A DNA stretch of 64,000 bases. Origin: Monocercomonoides exilis PA203 (lineage: Eukaryota; Protista; Preaxostyla). The DNA lies in NCBI GenBank assembly GCA_001643675.2, contig LSRY02000043.1:558001-622000 (forward strand), written 5' to 3'. Below, piece after piece: positions 50,001 through 63,212 of this stretch. Position 1 is the first letter of the stretch. Every line of letters begins with the position of its first letter. The position numbers were made by a program, and so were the translations under genes. The notes below the pieces were generated by a model. It was not told where the DNA came from. It made no database searches and worked only from the letters and a program-made list of their open reading frames with translations.

Positions 50001-52078
50001 TTTCCAAATGATTCAAACGGCTTCACTTCATTGTCGAAGTCGGAAAAATAACTGTTATCATCATCATCATCGCCAAAAGGGATTAGAAGAGGTGAAGTGA
50101 TTCTATAAGGATGAAAAACACTTTCTTGGAAACGTTTTTTATGCAACGGTCCAAAAATACTTGATTGTGAAGAGTATGCATCCAACAAGTTCGAACGCTT
50201 TTCAAAGTCATCATGAAATAGCCCGGATTGAGTTTTTCTATCATTAATCCTTCCAAAGCTTTCGTTTTCCATTTCTTCATCTGTCTCAGGGTTTCTTGAA
50301 AGTTTTGTTCTTTTTTCTTGTGTCAAAGAGTTTGATGAATTCGAATCTGAAAATACTTCATTATTATCGGACTCAAAAACTTCGTTTTGCTGTTTATTCT
50401 CTGAAGAAGGTTCCATTTTCCCATCAAAGTCAATTGTGCCAAAAATTCTATTTGCCAATTCATTTAACGTTGATGTTGGAAAAGAAGCTACATCATCCAA
50501 AATTGGATATTTCTTTGTTAGTGAAGGATCGTAAAGCGTGAATGAAGAAAGAGTTTCTATAGCTGCACAACAGTTCAAAATGGTCTTATAAAAATAAAAA
50601 AAAAGAACATGCAAGCAAACGAACGGGAAAAAAAGTCAAAATAATCGTTCACAAATTTGAACAATTCAAAAGCGTAAAGTTTTTTTGAAATTTTGATTTA
50701 TGAATTAAAATTATGTACACACTTTCAAGAGAGACTCATATTGATTCATTGTGTTTGATCCTTTCTTCAATGAAAGAAGAATATGGTTAAGAGGTTTAAC
50801 CTGTGAAATAATTACTGACAAATCTCTCATAACCTCTGGACTAAGAAAAAAGTATTTGAAACATGAAAAAAAAAGAAAGAGAAAAAATTCATTTTAAAAA
50901 ATCAAAAAATTAATACCCTAGTGATTTTAAGAAAAATTCAATTGTATTCAATCGATTGTTAATGCAAGCTTTATCGCAAATTGGACGATGAAACCATTGT
51001 CTTTTGGAATAAAAGAAATTTGGAGTAAGGAATCATCAAAATGAAATAAATCACAAAATCATTTTTGTGAAACAAATATTTGAAACAAATCAAAAAATAA
51101 AAGCGTACAATGAATAAATAAAACAGATAACTTTAACATCTTTGCACCAGGTTGGGATGAGGTATTGTCCATCAATGAAAAAAGCGACATTCCTTCTTTT
51201 TGAATGCCAATTCCATGCATCGATGGATGTCGTTCAGTTTGAAATATCTGCAAAGCACTAAACGCGCTCCCATCCATTGTAACAATTTTGGATCTGAAAT
51301 GTTGAGTTTTTAAAAAATGAAAATTGAAAATGTTTCAGAAAGAATTATTTGTTAATGGCAAAAAAAAAGATTGAACATACAAATCAATTTGAGAAAAGCT
51401 TTCAACAATTATAGTTCCTTCATTTAAATTAACTTCAGCACCAATTATTGGATTTTTATGCAAATATGACAATAACGCTCCAACAGCTTTTGTCACTTGC
51501 TGCTTACTGAAATCAAATACGAGAGAAAGACTTGCAGCACCGACAAGCAAAGGTCTGGAGCTTGTTGCGGGCACATTACCTGCTCTTAGCATAGAAATGT
51601 ACCTTCGAGCGCATTCTTCAGAAAACATTCCTGAAGCAACTGAAATTACTCTGTATTCAACTCCACTCACTATAAAATTTGAAAAGAAATAATAAATGAA
51701 AAAGAAATTTAAAAGTGATCAAAACAATTTTTCTCCAAAGCAATTTTCAATTGTTCTTGGGAATTAGATGCGATAATGATTGAAGATGGATGCAGTTCTT
51801 GAATGAACATTTGAAGAAGAAGAAAATCTTCTTCTTCATTCACTTCAGCGTACCCTATTTCATTTAAATCTGGATTATATGAAGCAAGTCCTAATCTGTT
51901 CAAGAAATTAAAAATATTTTTTTCAGTTAATGCTTAGAAACCTTTGTTTGTTCCATGATATTGAAAGGATTGTCTTTCAATTTCGAAAATTCATGAGTTG
52001 TTAAAAATGATATTTTAAATCATAAAAAAGGAAATGTTAAACTTCGCGCCAAAATGGCTGCAATCCAGGTTGACTCAT
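47047..52078 (-). CDS. MSH5: Meiotic MutS homolog 5, multi-exon
   Basis: Exons encode [40 protein letters not shown], Walker [32 protein letters not shown] (~48310-48420), SSFMID, Walker [13 protein letters not shown], and YRLIPG...[15 protein letters not shown]. Many short GT-AG introns; start codon is a best guess. Confidence 0.93.
47821..47936. repeat. Intronic 8-bp microsatellite (AGAGAGAA)n, ~14 copies
   Basis: Perfect tandem octamer inside an MSH5 intron. Confidence 0.95.
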
Positions 52079-52309
52079 TCAAAAATCATTTTTTCCAGAC
52101 AAAAAATAATATATTGGGTAAAAAACTTTTATTTCGATAAGTTATTGATATTTGCTTCAAAAAGGAGGCAATAACAGAAAAATAACATCATAAAACAAAA
52201 TGCATTCTGAGAGAGGATTTGTTGTCCATTCCAAAAGTTTGCTCATAATTTCAAAATCCTCCAAAATATTTATTATCGTTCACTAAATATTGAAAATGAA
52301 CAAGAAAGA

Positions 52310-55300
52310 TCATTTGGTTGAAGAAGGCAAAGGATTTGAAGAAGATTGATTAAACTTGGTTGAATTGGATGAATGATCAGACTGAAATGAAGTGTTTGAG
52401 GAAGATGGCAAAATTGCAGAATATTCTTGAGAAGATGAAATGGAAGAGGAAGGTTTGGCTAATCGTGAAGTGATTGCAGATGATACAGTTGATGTGGAAT
52501 ATGGAAGTGTCTTTTGCGTGTTTAGTGGCGTGGAAAGAGGAGAATTGCCTGGTCTGAAGCGAGTTGAAGTGGAAAGAAGATAACTTCGTGGTTGCAATAA
52601 GGCAGATACCTGAACTTTTTTCTTGCTGAAGATGATAGAACAAATACATAAAATAATTATCATAAAAAAAAAGTAGGATTCAAAAAAATAAATGAAAATA
52701 AGTTTCAAATATTCAAAAACATCTCATATTCATGGATGGGAAAAAATTATAGATTCAAACTTCAATTGTCTCATTGTATCACTTTGCGAAGCAGATATAT
52801 CTGTTTCTGGATCAGTTGCTTTAAAATTCCTCTCCGCTCCCGCTCTTTCTTCTCTCATTGCCTGTTCTTGTTTGAACTTGAATTTTTCCTTCAAAACAGC
52901 AAGCTCCTTTTCTGCAAATATTTTGTCCTTCTTCAAATTAAGTATCATTTCTTCCATCTCTGCACACTTCGCTGCGATGCTTTCATACTCCTCTGTCAGC
53001 TTCTCCAGCCTTGTTTGCAGGTCGTTTATCTCCTTTTGCTTCCTCTTCTGGTCCTCGCTGATCTGCTTCGCCCGCTGCTCGGCATATTCCTTCTTCAGCT
53101 GAAGCTCCATCGTCTCTAAATTCATCAGACGTAGTTTTTCTTTGTTTTCATCCAATTTCTCTTCCAATTCCTTTGTTTGCCCTTTCAGTTGTGTTGAATC
53201 GCCTGCAAGTCGTTCTTTTTCTCTCTCCATCTGTCGAAGGGCTGTTGTTAGTTTCGCATTTTCCTGAGTAATTCTGTTTAATTCTTGCTTATCACTCGCT
53301 GAAAATTGCTCTTGTTGTTGAAGATTGTCACTCAAAATATCGAGTTTTTGCTGAATTAATACAACTTCGTTCGTCTTTTCAGCACATTTGTTTTCTGCTT
53401 CTTTCAATTTCTTTTCCAATTCGCCTATCAACATTTCTTTTTCATTGATCTTACTCTTTTTGTTGGTTAGCTCATTTTTCAATTCTTCCATTTTCTCTCT
53501 CATTACCTTGTTTGCCCTTTCAGCCGTTCTGAGATCTTCTTCTGGAACCGTTTTGATCCGCCTTGATTCGAGTTCCTCGTTTCTCTTCTGTAGCAATTCA
53601 ACCAATTCCTTTGTCTGCTTTAGTGTTTCTTTTGTTTCCATTTCTTTTTCTCTCTCTCGAGTGGAGCTTGCTTCCAAAGAACTGTTTTTCTTTTTCAAAA
53701 ACGTTATTTCTCTTTCTAAATCGCGTAATCGTGCCGAAAAACTGGAACAAAATTGGCGAATCGACGACAGAATTGATGAAAGTGGAATGGAAGATGAAGA
53801 AAATGAACCAGAAAGTGAATATTGAGTTGAATTTGTTGGCAATGATTCTTGTTTCGCATTCATTTCTGTACGCTGTTTTCTGTTTGAAGATGTCCTGCTT
53901 TTCACAATTTCCACAAACAGCTTCGAAACAGGAAAAGGAAACCAGAAATTATCCTTCCCGTACATTTTGATTCCATAGCTCATCAACGAACTCGAGTTTT
54001 CTTCCTCTTCTTCTTGTGAGCGTGGATCGAAATTCGAGAGCACACGCAAAGCAGCCTCGCCTTCTTCGTCTTTGCCCAACCCTTCCACTTCGGGAATGAT
54101 CGGATCTTCGGCAATAAACGACGAATCACACAAAAATATCCGCCTTCGCCCAAATTTAAAGGTTGTTCCGAACATTTCATTTGTTGCTGAAAGCAATGAA
54201 TTCAAGCGATTTGAAGCGAGAACAGCAATTGTTGCGACGCGAAACAGGCGCAAATAGTTTCGAGGATTTGAATTAGAAGCAGAAGGATATGAACCTGCTA
54301 TTTGCGCTGTGGCTGAAGTGGATGGGCGAAGAGGTGTGAAGGGCAATTGTGGTGTGCGGAGTCGAAGTGAACGAGAAAAACGGAGAGAAGACAGAGTTGT
54401 GTCGAGTGAAGGAGATGATAAGCGGTTGAACGAAGAAGAAGACGAAGATGAGGAGGACGAAGAAGCTGAAGATGCAGATGCAGAAGCAGAAGCAGAAGCA
54501 GAAGCAGAAGCAGATGAAAGCAAAGCAGAATCTTTGTATCGGCGAATTCGAATGCTTCCTTCACGGAAATCACCTTCATTTGCAGCCATTTCCTCTGCAA
54601 TGCCATCATTTGAAGCAACTCCTCCTCTTCTTCCAAATGATTCTTCATTCTCTTCTCTTGCTCTGATCTCTTCTTCCAATGCTGCCAGCATATTCTTCAG
54701 CTCAATAGCTTCTTTTTCTGCCTTTTTCATTTCTTCCGTCAGAATTTGCTTGCCAAACAAGACGGAGAAATACCTCAAACGAAATGGTCTGAGCATCCTG
54801 GCCATCAAAGTCGTGCTTGCAAAAAGATGCAGAAGAAAAGTTCGTGATTGTTGAGCTTCCATTGACAAAGCATCATTCGCCATCTCTAATTTAGTTGCTG
54901 CCAGTTTTGACTCGCTTTGCTCTTCGATTGCTTGCTTCAACTCGTTTCGAAGCTGTTTTATTTCTTCTTCGGCTTCAATTCTAGCAGCTGTTTCGCTTTC
55001 AAGTTTCATTCTTTCTGCTTCGCTTGCCATTTTTTGCTTTTCTATTCTCAATTCGCACTCTTTGTCTTCAATTTCTTTTGCCATCTTTTCGTTTTCTTCT
55101 TTCAGTTTGTCCACTTGCTGTGTGAGAGATGAAACAGCAGAAGATGTTTCTTTCATTTTTTTCAAGTTCTGCTCGTTTGCTTCAAGCAAATTACGGACTT
55201 TTTGAAGAAGAAGAGAACGTGTTGTGTTCCAGTCAGATGCTTGCCCCATTTCATGCAGTGAAAAAGGCGTTGGCGAATATGCTGAAGATGCTGCTGAGTT

Positions 55301-57079
55301 TGTATAAGTTGGCAGAGGCGACGAAATAACAGAAGAACGCTCAAGTTTTGGCTCGGTTCTTTCATCAGCCCCTTGTTGCTTATTCTTATTTTCTGAATCT
55401 GTTATCATCTGCACAAGAGAATCAGCAAAATTCTGCCTATCAAGCAGCTCATTTTCTGCTATTTGCTTTTGGCGTGCCTCTTCCTCTTCTCTTCGCTCGC
55501 ATTCTTCTTTTTCCTTTGCAAGCTTATCTTTCTCATTCTCAAACTCTCCAATTTCCGCTTTCAACAGCAAAACAGTCTTCTGAAGTGAAGCAATGTTTCT
55601 GTCGCAAGCCAGTTTTTCCTTTTCGCTCTGTTCAAGTTGCTCGTATGCTTCTTTGCATTTGTATTTTGTCTCAAAAACTTCGTTCAAAAGATCGCTAATC
55701 CTCAAAGCCAAGCTTTCGACACTTTCAGCAACCTCTTTGTTGCATATGTGTTGTGTAATATCTGAAGAAGAGTCTTCAAAATCGTCAGCTTCACGAAATT
55801 CTTCTTCTTCATTTTCATTTTCATTTTCATGTTCTTTTCTTTCATTTCCATTTTCTTTTTCATCATTCAAATCTGTATTATCAACAGAATGGAAGTCATC
55901 ACTTGTCATCTTCTCATTTTCCATCTTTTCTATTTCTTCATCATTTTTTTGCTCATCTTGCTTGAATGTGACGTTTTTCGTTTCTTCAATTTTGGATTCT
56001 GATGCAGCAGATGTGAAAGCCATGTCATATCTTTGTAGATCTTCTTCTTGATCGAGTGCATTCTCAATGCTTCTCAAAAGTAGCATATGTGCTCTGCTTA
56101 TGTCTTGAACAAGTGATGCGTTTTCTGTTTCCATTTTGATCAGCTCTTTTTTTGTTGTGTGAGAAGATTCTTGAAGTTGACTGTTTATTTGTCTTTCTCT
56201 TTCAACTTCCTTCGCAAGTTGTTCTATTTTCTTTTGAGATTCGATCGCTTCTGGCCCATTTATAAGCAAATCGTTTTGAATCTTCAGTTCTTCGATTTGT
56301 CCTTCGTTTTCATTTATTTTGTCTCTCAACTGATCAATTGTTCTATCTTTTTCACCAATTGTCAACTCATATTCGTGAAGTTGTTCTTTCAAATCGTCGA
56401 ATTTTCGAATTGACTCTTTGAGATTATTGTTTTGTTCTTTTTGCACTTCTAATTCATCCGCAAGCAAAATTGTTTCTTCCTCAATTTTCCCTTTTTCAAT
56501 TAACATCCCATTGAGTTTCTCGTTTTCTTTCAAAGATAGGTCATAATTTTCTTGCATGTTCTGCATTTCTTCGTTTAACTTATCGAATTGTTCTTTAAGG
56601 GAATCGCGAGTTTGTTGAAGGTCTTTCAATTCTTCATCCTTTTTTAAATTTTGTTCAATAAGTTTTTGATTTTCTTCTTTCTTAAGGTTTAAATCTTTTG
56701 AAATCTGTTCCTTAGCATCTCTCATTTCAATGTACTCTGTTTCATACGAATGTAATCGAGAATATGCAGACTTTAGTACGTAAAATGAATAATATTATTG
56801 TAATTTTAAAATGACACAAAATTAAAAATTATTACAAACATCTAACTCTGTCTCAAGTTTCGAAAAGTTTCTTTCTCTCTGTTCTGCATCCCTTTCAAGT
56901 GCACCTATTTTTGCTCCCAAATCATTTATTGTTTGTTCATATTCTTCTTCAATTGCTTGGTGCTGCTCTTGATCTTTCCTTCTCTGTTTTTGATAACTTT
57001 CCTCTCTTGCTTCTAATTGTGCAATCTTAAAACGCATTTCTGTGATGGAATCTTCTGTGCTCGGATTTGCGTTTTTCAT
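52310..57079 (-). CDS. Long coiled-coil protein, CCDC171-like, multi-exon
   Basis: Exons at ~56840-57079, ~52750-56770 and 52310-~52609; heptad-rich; contains TLMARMLRPFRLRYFSVLFGKQILTEEM and LRLFRVATIAVLASNRL, matching my recollection of the CCDC171/PACT-like FRxxVIAVLAANRL block. Confidence 0.8.
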
Positions 57080-57281
57080 ATTAAATTGAAATAAAAAAAG
57101 AAAAATAATATGAACTACTGATCATTAACAAATCTTATTTTTTCTGAGATTTCTCATCTAACAAAAAATACACAATTACAAAAATTCTTAAAAATGAAAT
57201 GAAAGATTTTGAAATTAAAACAAGCACTTTTGTATTCATTTTTTCACAAAAATCAACGTCTTTACAAAATGAAAATGAAAA

Positions 57282-60200
57282 CTAAAACGATAAACTGGAA
57301 AATAATCTTGAAGAAGACTTATCAAAAACCAAAGGAGTGTTCGAACTGCCAGTTTTTGGATGAAACAAAGAGCTGCGAGAAGACTGACGAGCAGTGCGAA
57401 AAGCAGAAATCTCTTCAGAATTCTGTTTATTCATCAAAGAATTCATTGAATTTTCAACAATTTTTTGCTGTTTCGGTCTAATTTTTGTTTTATTTTGTGG
57501 CAAAATCGTTTGAAATTTCTGCTGATAAGACGGCGGCAGCTGCTGAAGAGAAGAGACAGAAGGAAGCGATTGGCCCAAGACGAGAAACATTTGTGTATCT
57601 GGATGTGCATTGATGGAAGGGGAAGAACGAAAATGAAAAGGAGAGGAATAAGAAGAAGAGGAAGAAGAACAAGAAGAAGAAGAAGAAGAAGAAGAAGATG
57701 ATGATGATGATGTGGAAGAAGAAGGAGCGAAAGAAAGCGAAACACCAACAGACGAAATTTCGCTTGTTTCAGCATCAAGATGTGTAACAACATCCATTTT
57801 GGTTATGTGAACTGGATTTGCAAAGGAGCGAGAAGAAGAAGAAGAAGAAGAAGAAGTTTGACAAGGAAATTCTGTTCTAAGCACAGAAATTTCTTCTTTT
57901 TTTGGTAAAAATGATGATTTTGGGATGGAAAGAGGAGGAAAAATGGAAGGTGGGACAGGAGAAAGTGAATGAAAAGAATGAGCAGAAGAATAAGAAGAAT
58001 CAGAAGAAAAAGAAGAATGAGAATTAAAAGAAGAGGAGGAAGAAAAAGGACGAGAAGAAGAAGGACGAGAAGAAGAAGGACGAGAAGAAGAAGGACGAGA
58101 AGAAGAAGAAGAAGAGGGAGAAGAAGGAGAAGGAGAAGGAGAAGAAGAAAGAGAAGAAGAAGGAGAAGAAGAAGAAGAAAGCGAAATATTTTCTGAATTA
58201 ATACGACCATTGGATTTTGATGGTGATGATGATGATGAATTCACAAATGCATTGTCAGAAGGAAATGAATGTGAAGATGAAATGTCTTTGTTTATCTGTA
58301 GTGGAAGAGGAAGAGGAAGAGAATTAAGAAGAGGAGAAGTGAGAGGAGAAGGGGGAGGAGGAAGAGGAGGAGGAAGAGGAGGAGGAGAGGAAGGACGTGA
58401 ATGAGGTTCAGAGAAGGAATATTGTGGTGGTGTTATAGAAGATGAAGTGAAAGAAGAAGAGGAAGAAAATGGAGAAGAGGAAGAGGAGGAGGAAGAAGAG
58501 GATGAGGAAGAAGAGGATGAGGAAGAAGAAGAAGAATGAAACACACGAGCAGTTTTCGGTCTTGGCCTTGAATGATTTCTGAAGGTATCTTTTGACAAAG
58601 AGGCTGGAGCAGAAGAAGAAGAAAGACGAGGAGAAAAAGTGGAATTCGATGTTTTTGGGCGGATGTGACTGTTTGATGAGGGAGAAGAAGGAGAAGAAGA
58701 TAGAAAATGAGGAGAAGGAGGAGAAGGGGAATGGGAAGAATGAGATTGAGAAGAGAAAGAAGAAGAAGAAGAAGATGACGAGGAGGAGGAGGAGGAGGAA
58801 GAAGAAGGATTGAAAGATGGAGAAGAAGAAGAAGAGTAAAAACGAGAAGATGAGGAAGAAGAAGAAGCATGAAAAGAAGAAGGAGACTTGAAAGGAGTAG
58901 CTGAAAGAGATCTGACTGAAAGTGGAGGAGCAGGCATAGTTGCAATAGGAGGAGGAGGAGTTGAAGGTTTGGCTGTTTCTGAAGAAGAAGAAGAAGAAGA
59001 AGAAGGAAGTGAAGAAGAAGAAGGAGAAGGAGAAGAAGAAGAAGATGATGATGATGAATGAAGAGGAGGTTGTCGAGAAGGCAAGTTAGGATGATAAATG
59101 AAAGGATATTGTATCTTTTCTTCGATGCTGCCTTCAAATTCTTCGTTTTCTGATCGATTTTCTTTTTTGTATGATGATGAATTTGTGTTATCATAATATT
59201 CTTCCTCTTCTCCTTCTTCATTTCCTTTTTCAAATAAATTTTCATCATCATCATCATCATCTTCTTCTTCTTCTTCCTCTTCTTTTCCTCTTTCTTTTTC
59301 TTTCTTTATCATTTCTCCTTCTCCTCCTCTTCCTTCTTCAAATGAATCGATAACATTTTGTTGATCAAAAGTTATGTTCCTTTCACTTGTTTTCATTTTG
59401 TTTGAAGATTTCTTTGAAGATGGAGAAGCATATGGACGATGAGTGAATAGAGAAGAAAAATAGGAATTATCAGAAGAAGGAGGAGGAGGAGGAGAAGAAG
59501 ATGATGATGATGAAATTGATGAAGAAAACGGAAGATTTTCATTTGTATTTGTTTCTCCTTCTGTTAATTCTGCTCTTTCATTTGAAAATAACTTTTGACC
59601 AACTTTTTTGCATTCTGAAACAGAACATGAGTAATCTTCGTTCTCTCCAAAAACATTCTCATCGTCATCACAGTCATCATCATCATCTTCTTCTTTCTCC
59701 TTTTCTTCTTCTCTTTCTCCTTCTCTTTCTCTCTCCTCTCTTTCCTCTTCATTCCTCCCTTCTTCATTTATCTCTTCCGACTCTTCCATATCTTTCTTCG
59801 GAGCAGGGCAAATAGGAGAAATAACCAATGCTGAAAATTCATTTCCTGCTTCTCCTTTTCTGTTTAAATATGTTGACTTAACAGCTGCTTCACCATCATT
59901 TGTATTTGTATTTGCATTTGCATTATTATTATTGTTATTTTTATCATAACCAACATCATCAGAAAACGAAGATGATGATGAAGAAGAAAACGAAGAAGAA
60001 GAATAAGAACGCGAAGTTTCCGGCAGAATAATAGATGTTGGTTCCAAATTCAAACTGAGCTGCGGAATTTCGATGGGGCGCGGAGCAAACGACTCAAAAG
60101 AAGGGAAACGAGAATTGTCGAATGAAATGCAGTTGACAGGAGAGCGAGAAAGAACAGAAGCAGAATTGTTCTTTCGAAAAGAAGGAGGAGGAAGAGAAGA

Positions 60201-62946
60201 AGGAAAAGAAGTGGAAGCAAACAGTTCTGAAAGTGAGAAAGGTTTTTGTTCTATGTTTTCTTCGCTTGTTTGTTTGGGATTCAGAACATTGAGATCTAAA
60301 TGGGGTGAGTAAGAGACTGAAAGAGGAGAAGCAGAAGAAGAGGAAGAGGGAAAAGAAGCTAAAGTTGAAGAAGAGGAGAAAGAGGAAGAAGATGATGATA
60401 AATGTGAAGATGATGAGAATGCTGCATATGCTGACACTGGCCTACTGTTTTTGTTGTAAGACGAGTAGGAGCGAGGAGTGGGGCGATGATGATGAAGAAG
60501 ATATTGATTTTGTTGTTCCTGTTGATTATTATGATGTTTATTATTGTTATTATTATTAGTAGTAGTAGTATTAGTATTTTTATAATCATCTGCTCTCTTT
60601 CTTGGAATGCGAGGAAAATTGATGGTGGAAACAGAGCAAGATGCGAAGGAGCGAGTAGAAGCAGCAGAGATTGTTGACTGTGAAGGAGGGGTTATTTGCC
60701 TTTGAGAAATATTTTGAGTAACATTCTGTTTATTTTGTCTCCCCTTTTTGCTTTCTTTTCTCTGTTTTCTCTTGTTTTTCCCTTTTCTTTTCGATTCTTC
60801 TCGTTCTGCTTCTTTGAAGTTGTTGATTGTTTTCTCTCTGTTTGAGCGCGAGAGCAAGAAAGAGGCAGAAGAAGGACGAAAATACGAAGGCTTCTTCGGA
60901 AGAGGGCGGCCCCACTTTCTCTCTTTTGCAGGCAAAACTTGCTGGAAAATGGGGGTTTTTCTTTGTTTTTTCGTTTTTTTGAAAGAATGTGGAATTATTT
61001 GTTGATCAAATGAACGAAAAGATGCATCATCATCATCATCATCTTCTTCTTCTTCTTCATTATTATTGTTATTATTCTCATTGTTATTGTTATCTTCTTT
61101 TTCTTCTTCTGCTTCTGCTTCTTCTCTATCTTCTTCTTCATTGTCTTCATCTATTTCATTTTCATCAAATTCTTCAGTGTCTTCTGCTTTGTCACTTTGA
61201 TTTGTTTTTCTTCTGTTATTTTCAGTGCTAAAAAGATCATCTTTTTCTTCTTCAATTCTTTCATCTGACTTTATTTGTTGTTGAAAATTCTCAGGAAAAG
61301 AAGAAGAAGAGGAGGAGGAGGAGGAAGGACGAATACGAGGAGATAAAAGCGGAGGAGAAGGAGAGTTGGGACAGCAAGGAGAAGATGGTGGAGGAGGCGG
61401 AGAAGAAGAAGATGAGGAAGAAGTATTGGATGAAGAAGAACTCATTTGATAACCAGGAAATGAGCACTGAAAATCTTTCGGGTCAAAATCGACCAATTGT
61501 AAAGGAAGAGGTGAGGCGCCAACAGACCGAGAGGAAAGCGAAGAAATGGAGCGATCCAAGCGAAAACGGCGAGACGATGGGGAAGGAGAAGGAGAAGGAA
61601 TAGAAGAAGAAGATGAAGAAGAAGAGGAGGAGGAAGAAGAAGAATTGGACGAAGAAGAATTAATTGTAGAGGAAGAGGAAGATTTGCCAGATTTCGAAGA
61701 AAAAGTTTTTGGCCGTTTGGATGAAGCAGGTGCGGCAAGCGACGAGGAAGAAGGCGATGGCATTGTTGGAGAGGGACTTCGAGAAGGGAGAGGAGAAGAG
61801 CGAAGAGAACGAGAATAAGATTGGAAGGAATGAGATCTTTTGATTGGCAGACGACGTGATGATGTGTTGGAACGCGAGGTTTTTGTGGAGGATAAGGGTC
61901 TGGTTGTGGAGGGCGATGTTTTGGCAGAAGAAGAAGAAGAAGAAGAAGAAGAGGATTTATAGTAAGAAGAAACGGAGGAAGAAGATGTTGATGATGAAAT
62001 AAAAGCAGAAGGATCTGCATAGCTTTGCGAAAAGCGAGAAACAGAAGTGGAGGTTGGTGAGTTTAACTGCGAAAACAGCTGGTTTTCGTGAGAAGAGTGT
62101 TTTGCAGAGCTCAAAGATGAGCAAAGCGACAGAGCCGTGTAAGAAGGTGTTTGAAACCCGAATCGAGGTGAATGCGGAGATAGTGGAGACAAAGGGGTGA
62201 GGGGAGAGTGAGATGTTGGAGAAACAGATGAAAGCTCTCTTGATAGGCTGTGATCAATTCCATCGTCAGGAAACTGGAAATAGCTATCTCCAAGAGCATC
62301 TTTGTCCAATGGAATTGGTTCAATATCGCCCATTTTATGAGAATGTGATGTGATTTTTGGAGAAAGTGGAGACACCGAAGGGATAAATACATCATCTGTC
62401 CCGGCAGGATTTTGAGGAAAAAAATCGGCTGGCAAAACAATACCACGTTGCGTTGGGATGTTGATGTGTAAATTTCTTTGATTGACTATTTGTTCATCAA
62501 TGTCTCCGCTGTCATGCTCATTATCATTACTTTTGTTCAAAAGGACATGCTCATCGTCATTGTTATTATCATTCAGAGTTGTATGTTGCTTCTTTCGATG
62601 ATCCTTTTGATTATCCTTTTGATTTTCTTTTATATTGTCCTTTTTATTTTCCTTTTTATTGTCCTTTTTATTGTTCTTTTGATGGCGAACGTATGTGCGT
62701 TCGTATCTTCTTAAATTTCACATAAAAATAAACAAAGCAAGAATAACAAACTTTTTTCCAAAAATTTGCTCACGCTTTCCTTTGGAGTCTTACCAGCAAA
62801 ATAGAAACAAATAGAGTGAATAAAACTTTAAAAATTAGCATACTTAACAGCTCTTTTAAAAGTAACGAGAGTTCTTGATTTCTGGAATCCTCAAAGTTGT
62901 CATTTTGTTGGGTTTTCAGCGAAAGTAAAATTTGTGGAATGTTCAT
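57282..62946 (-). CDS. Very long Ser/Pro-rich low-complexity protein of unknown function
   Basis: 1752-aa open frame that extends upstream to ~62711; plausible small 5' exons up to the ATG at 62946 (MNIPQILLSLK...); poly-S, poly-N and poly-E/D tracts. Confidence 0.75.
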
Positions 62947-63212
62947 TTAAACTTGGCAGAATACACTTCTTTTGAAAAATATAAAGTCATTCAACTTTAT
63001 TTTGTAAATTTAAATCAGGAGAAATTGAAAAATCAAAATAATAAGGTTCAAATCACTGCTTTTTTAACTTTAAATTAGAATGAAAAAACTTTATTAATTT
63101 TCATTTTTTGCTTAATCTTTTAACATACGAATTTTTGAAAATGTCAGTCATTACTCTTCATCTGTGACCTTTGATCAAATCAATATTTTTGTTTCCCATA
63201 AAAAATATATAG

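Noticed and set aside
38178-62540. Alternative genetic code (TAA/TAG = Gln as in Streblomastix)
   Set aside because: ORFs of 1300-2000 codons have no in-frame TAA/TAG, and genes end in TAA; stops elsewhere co-occur with frameshifts, indicating decay.
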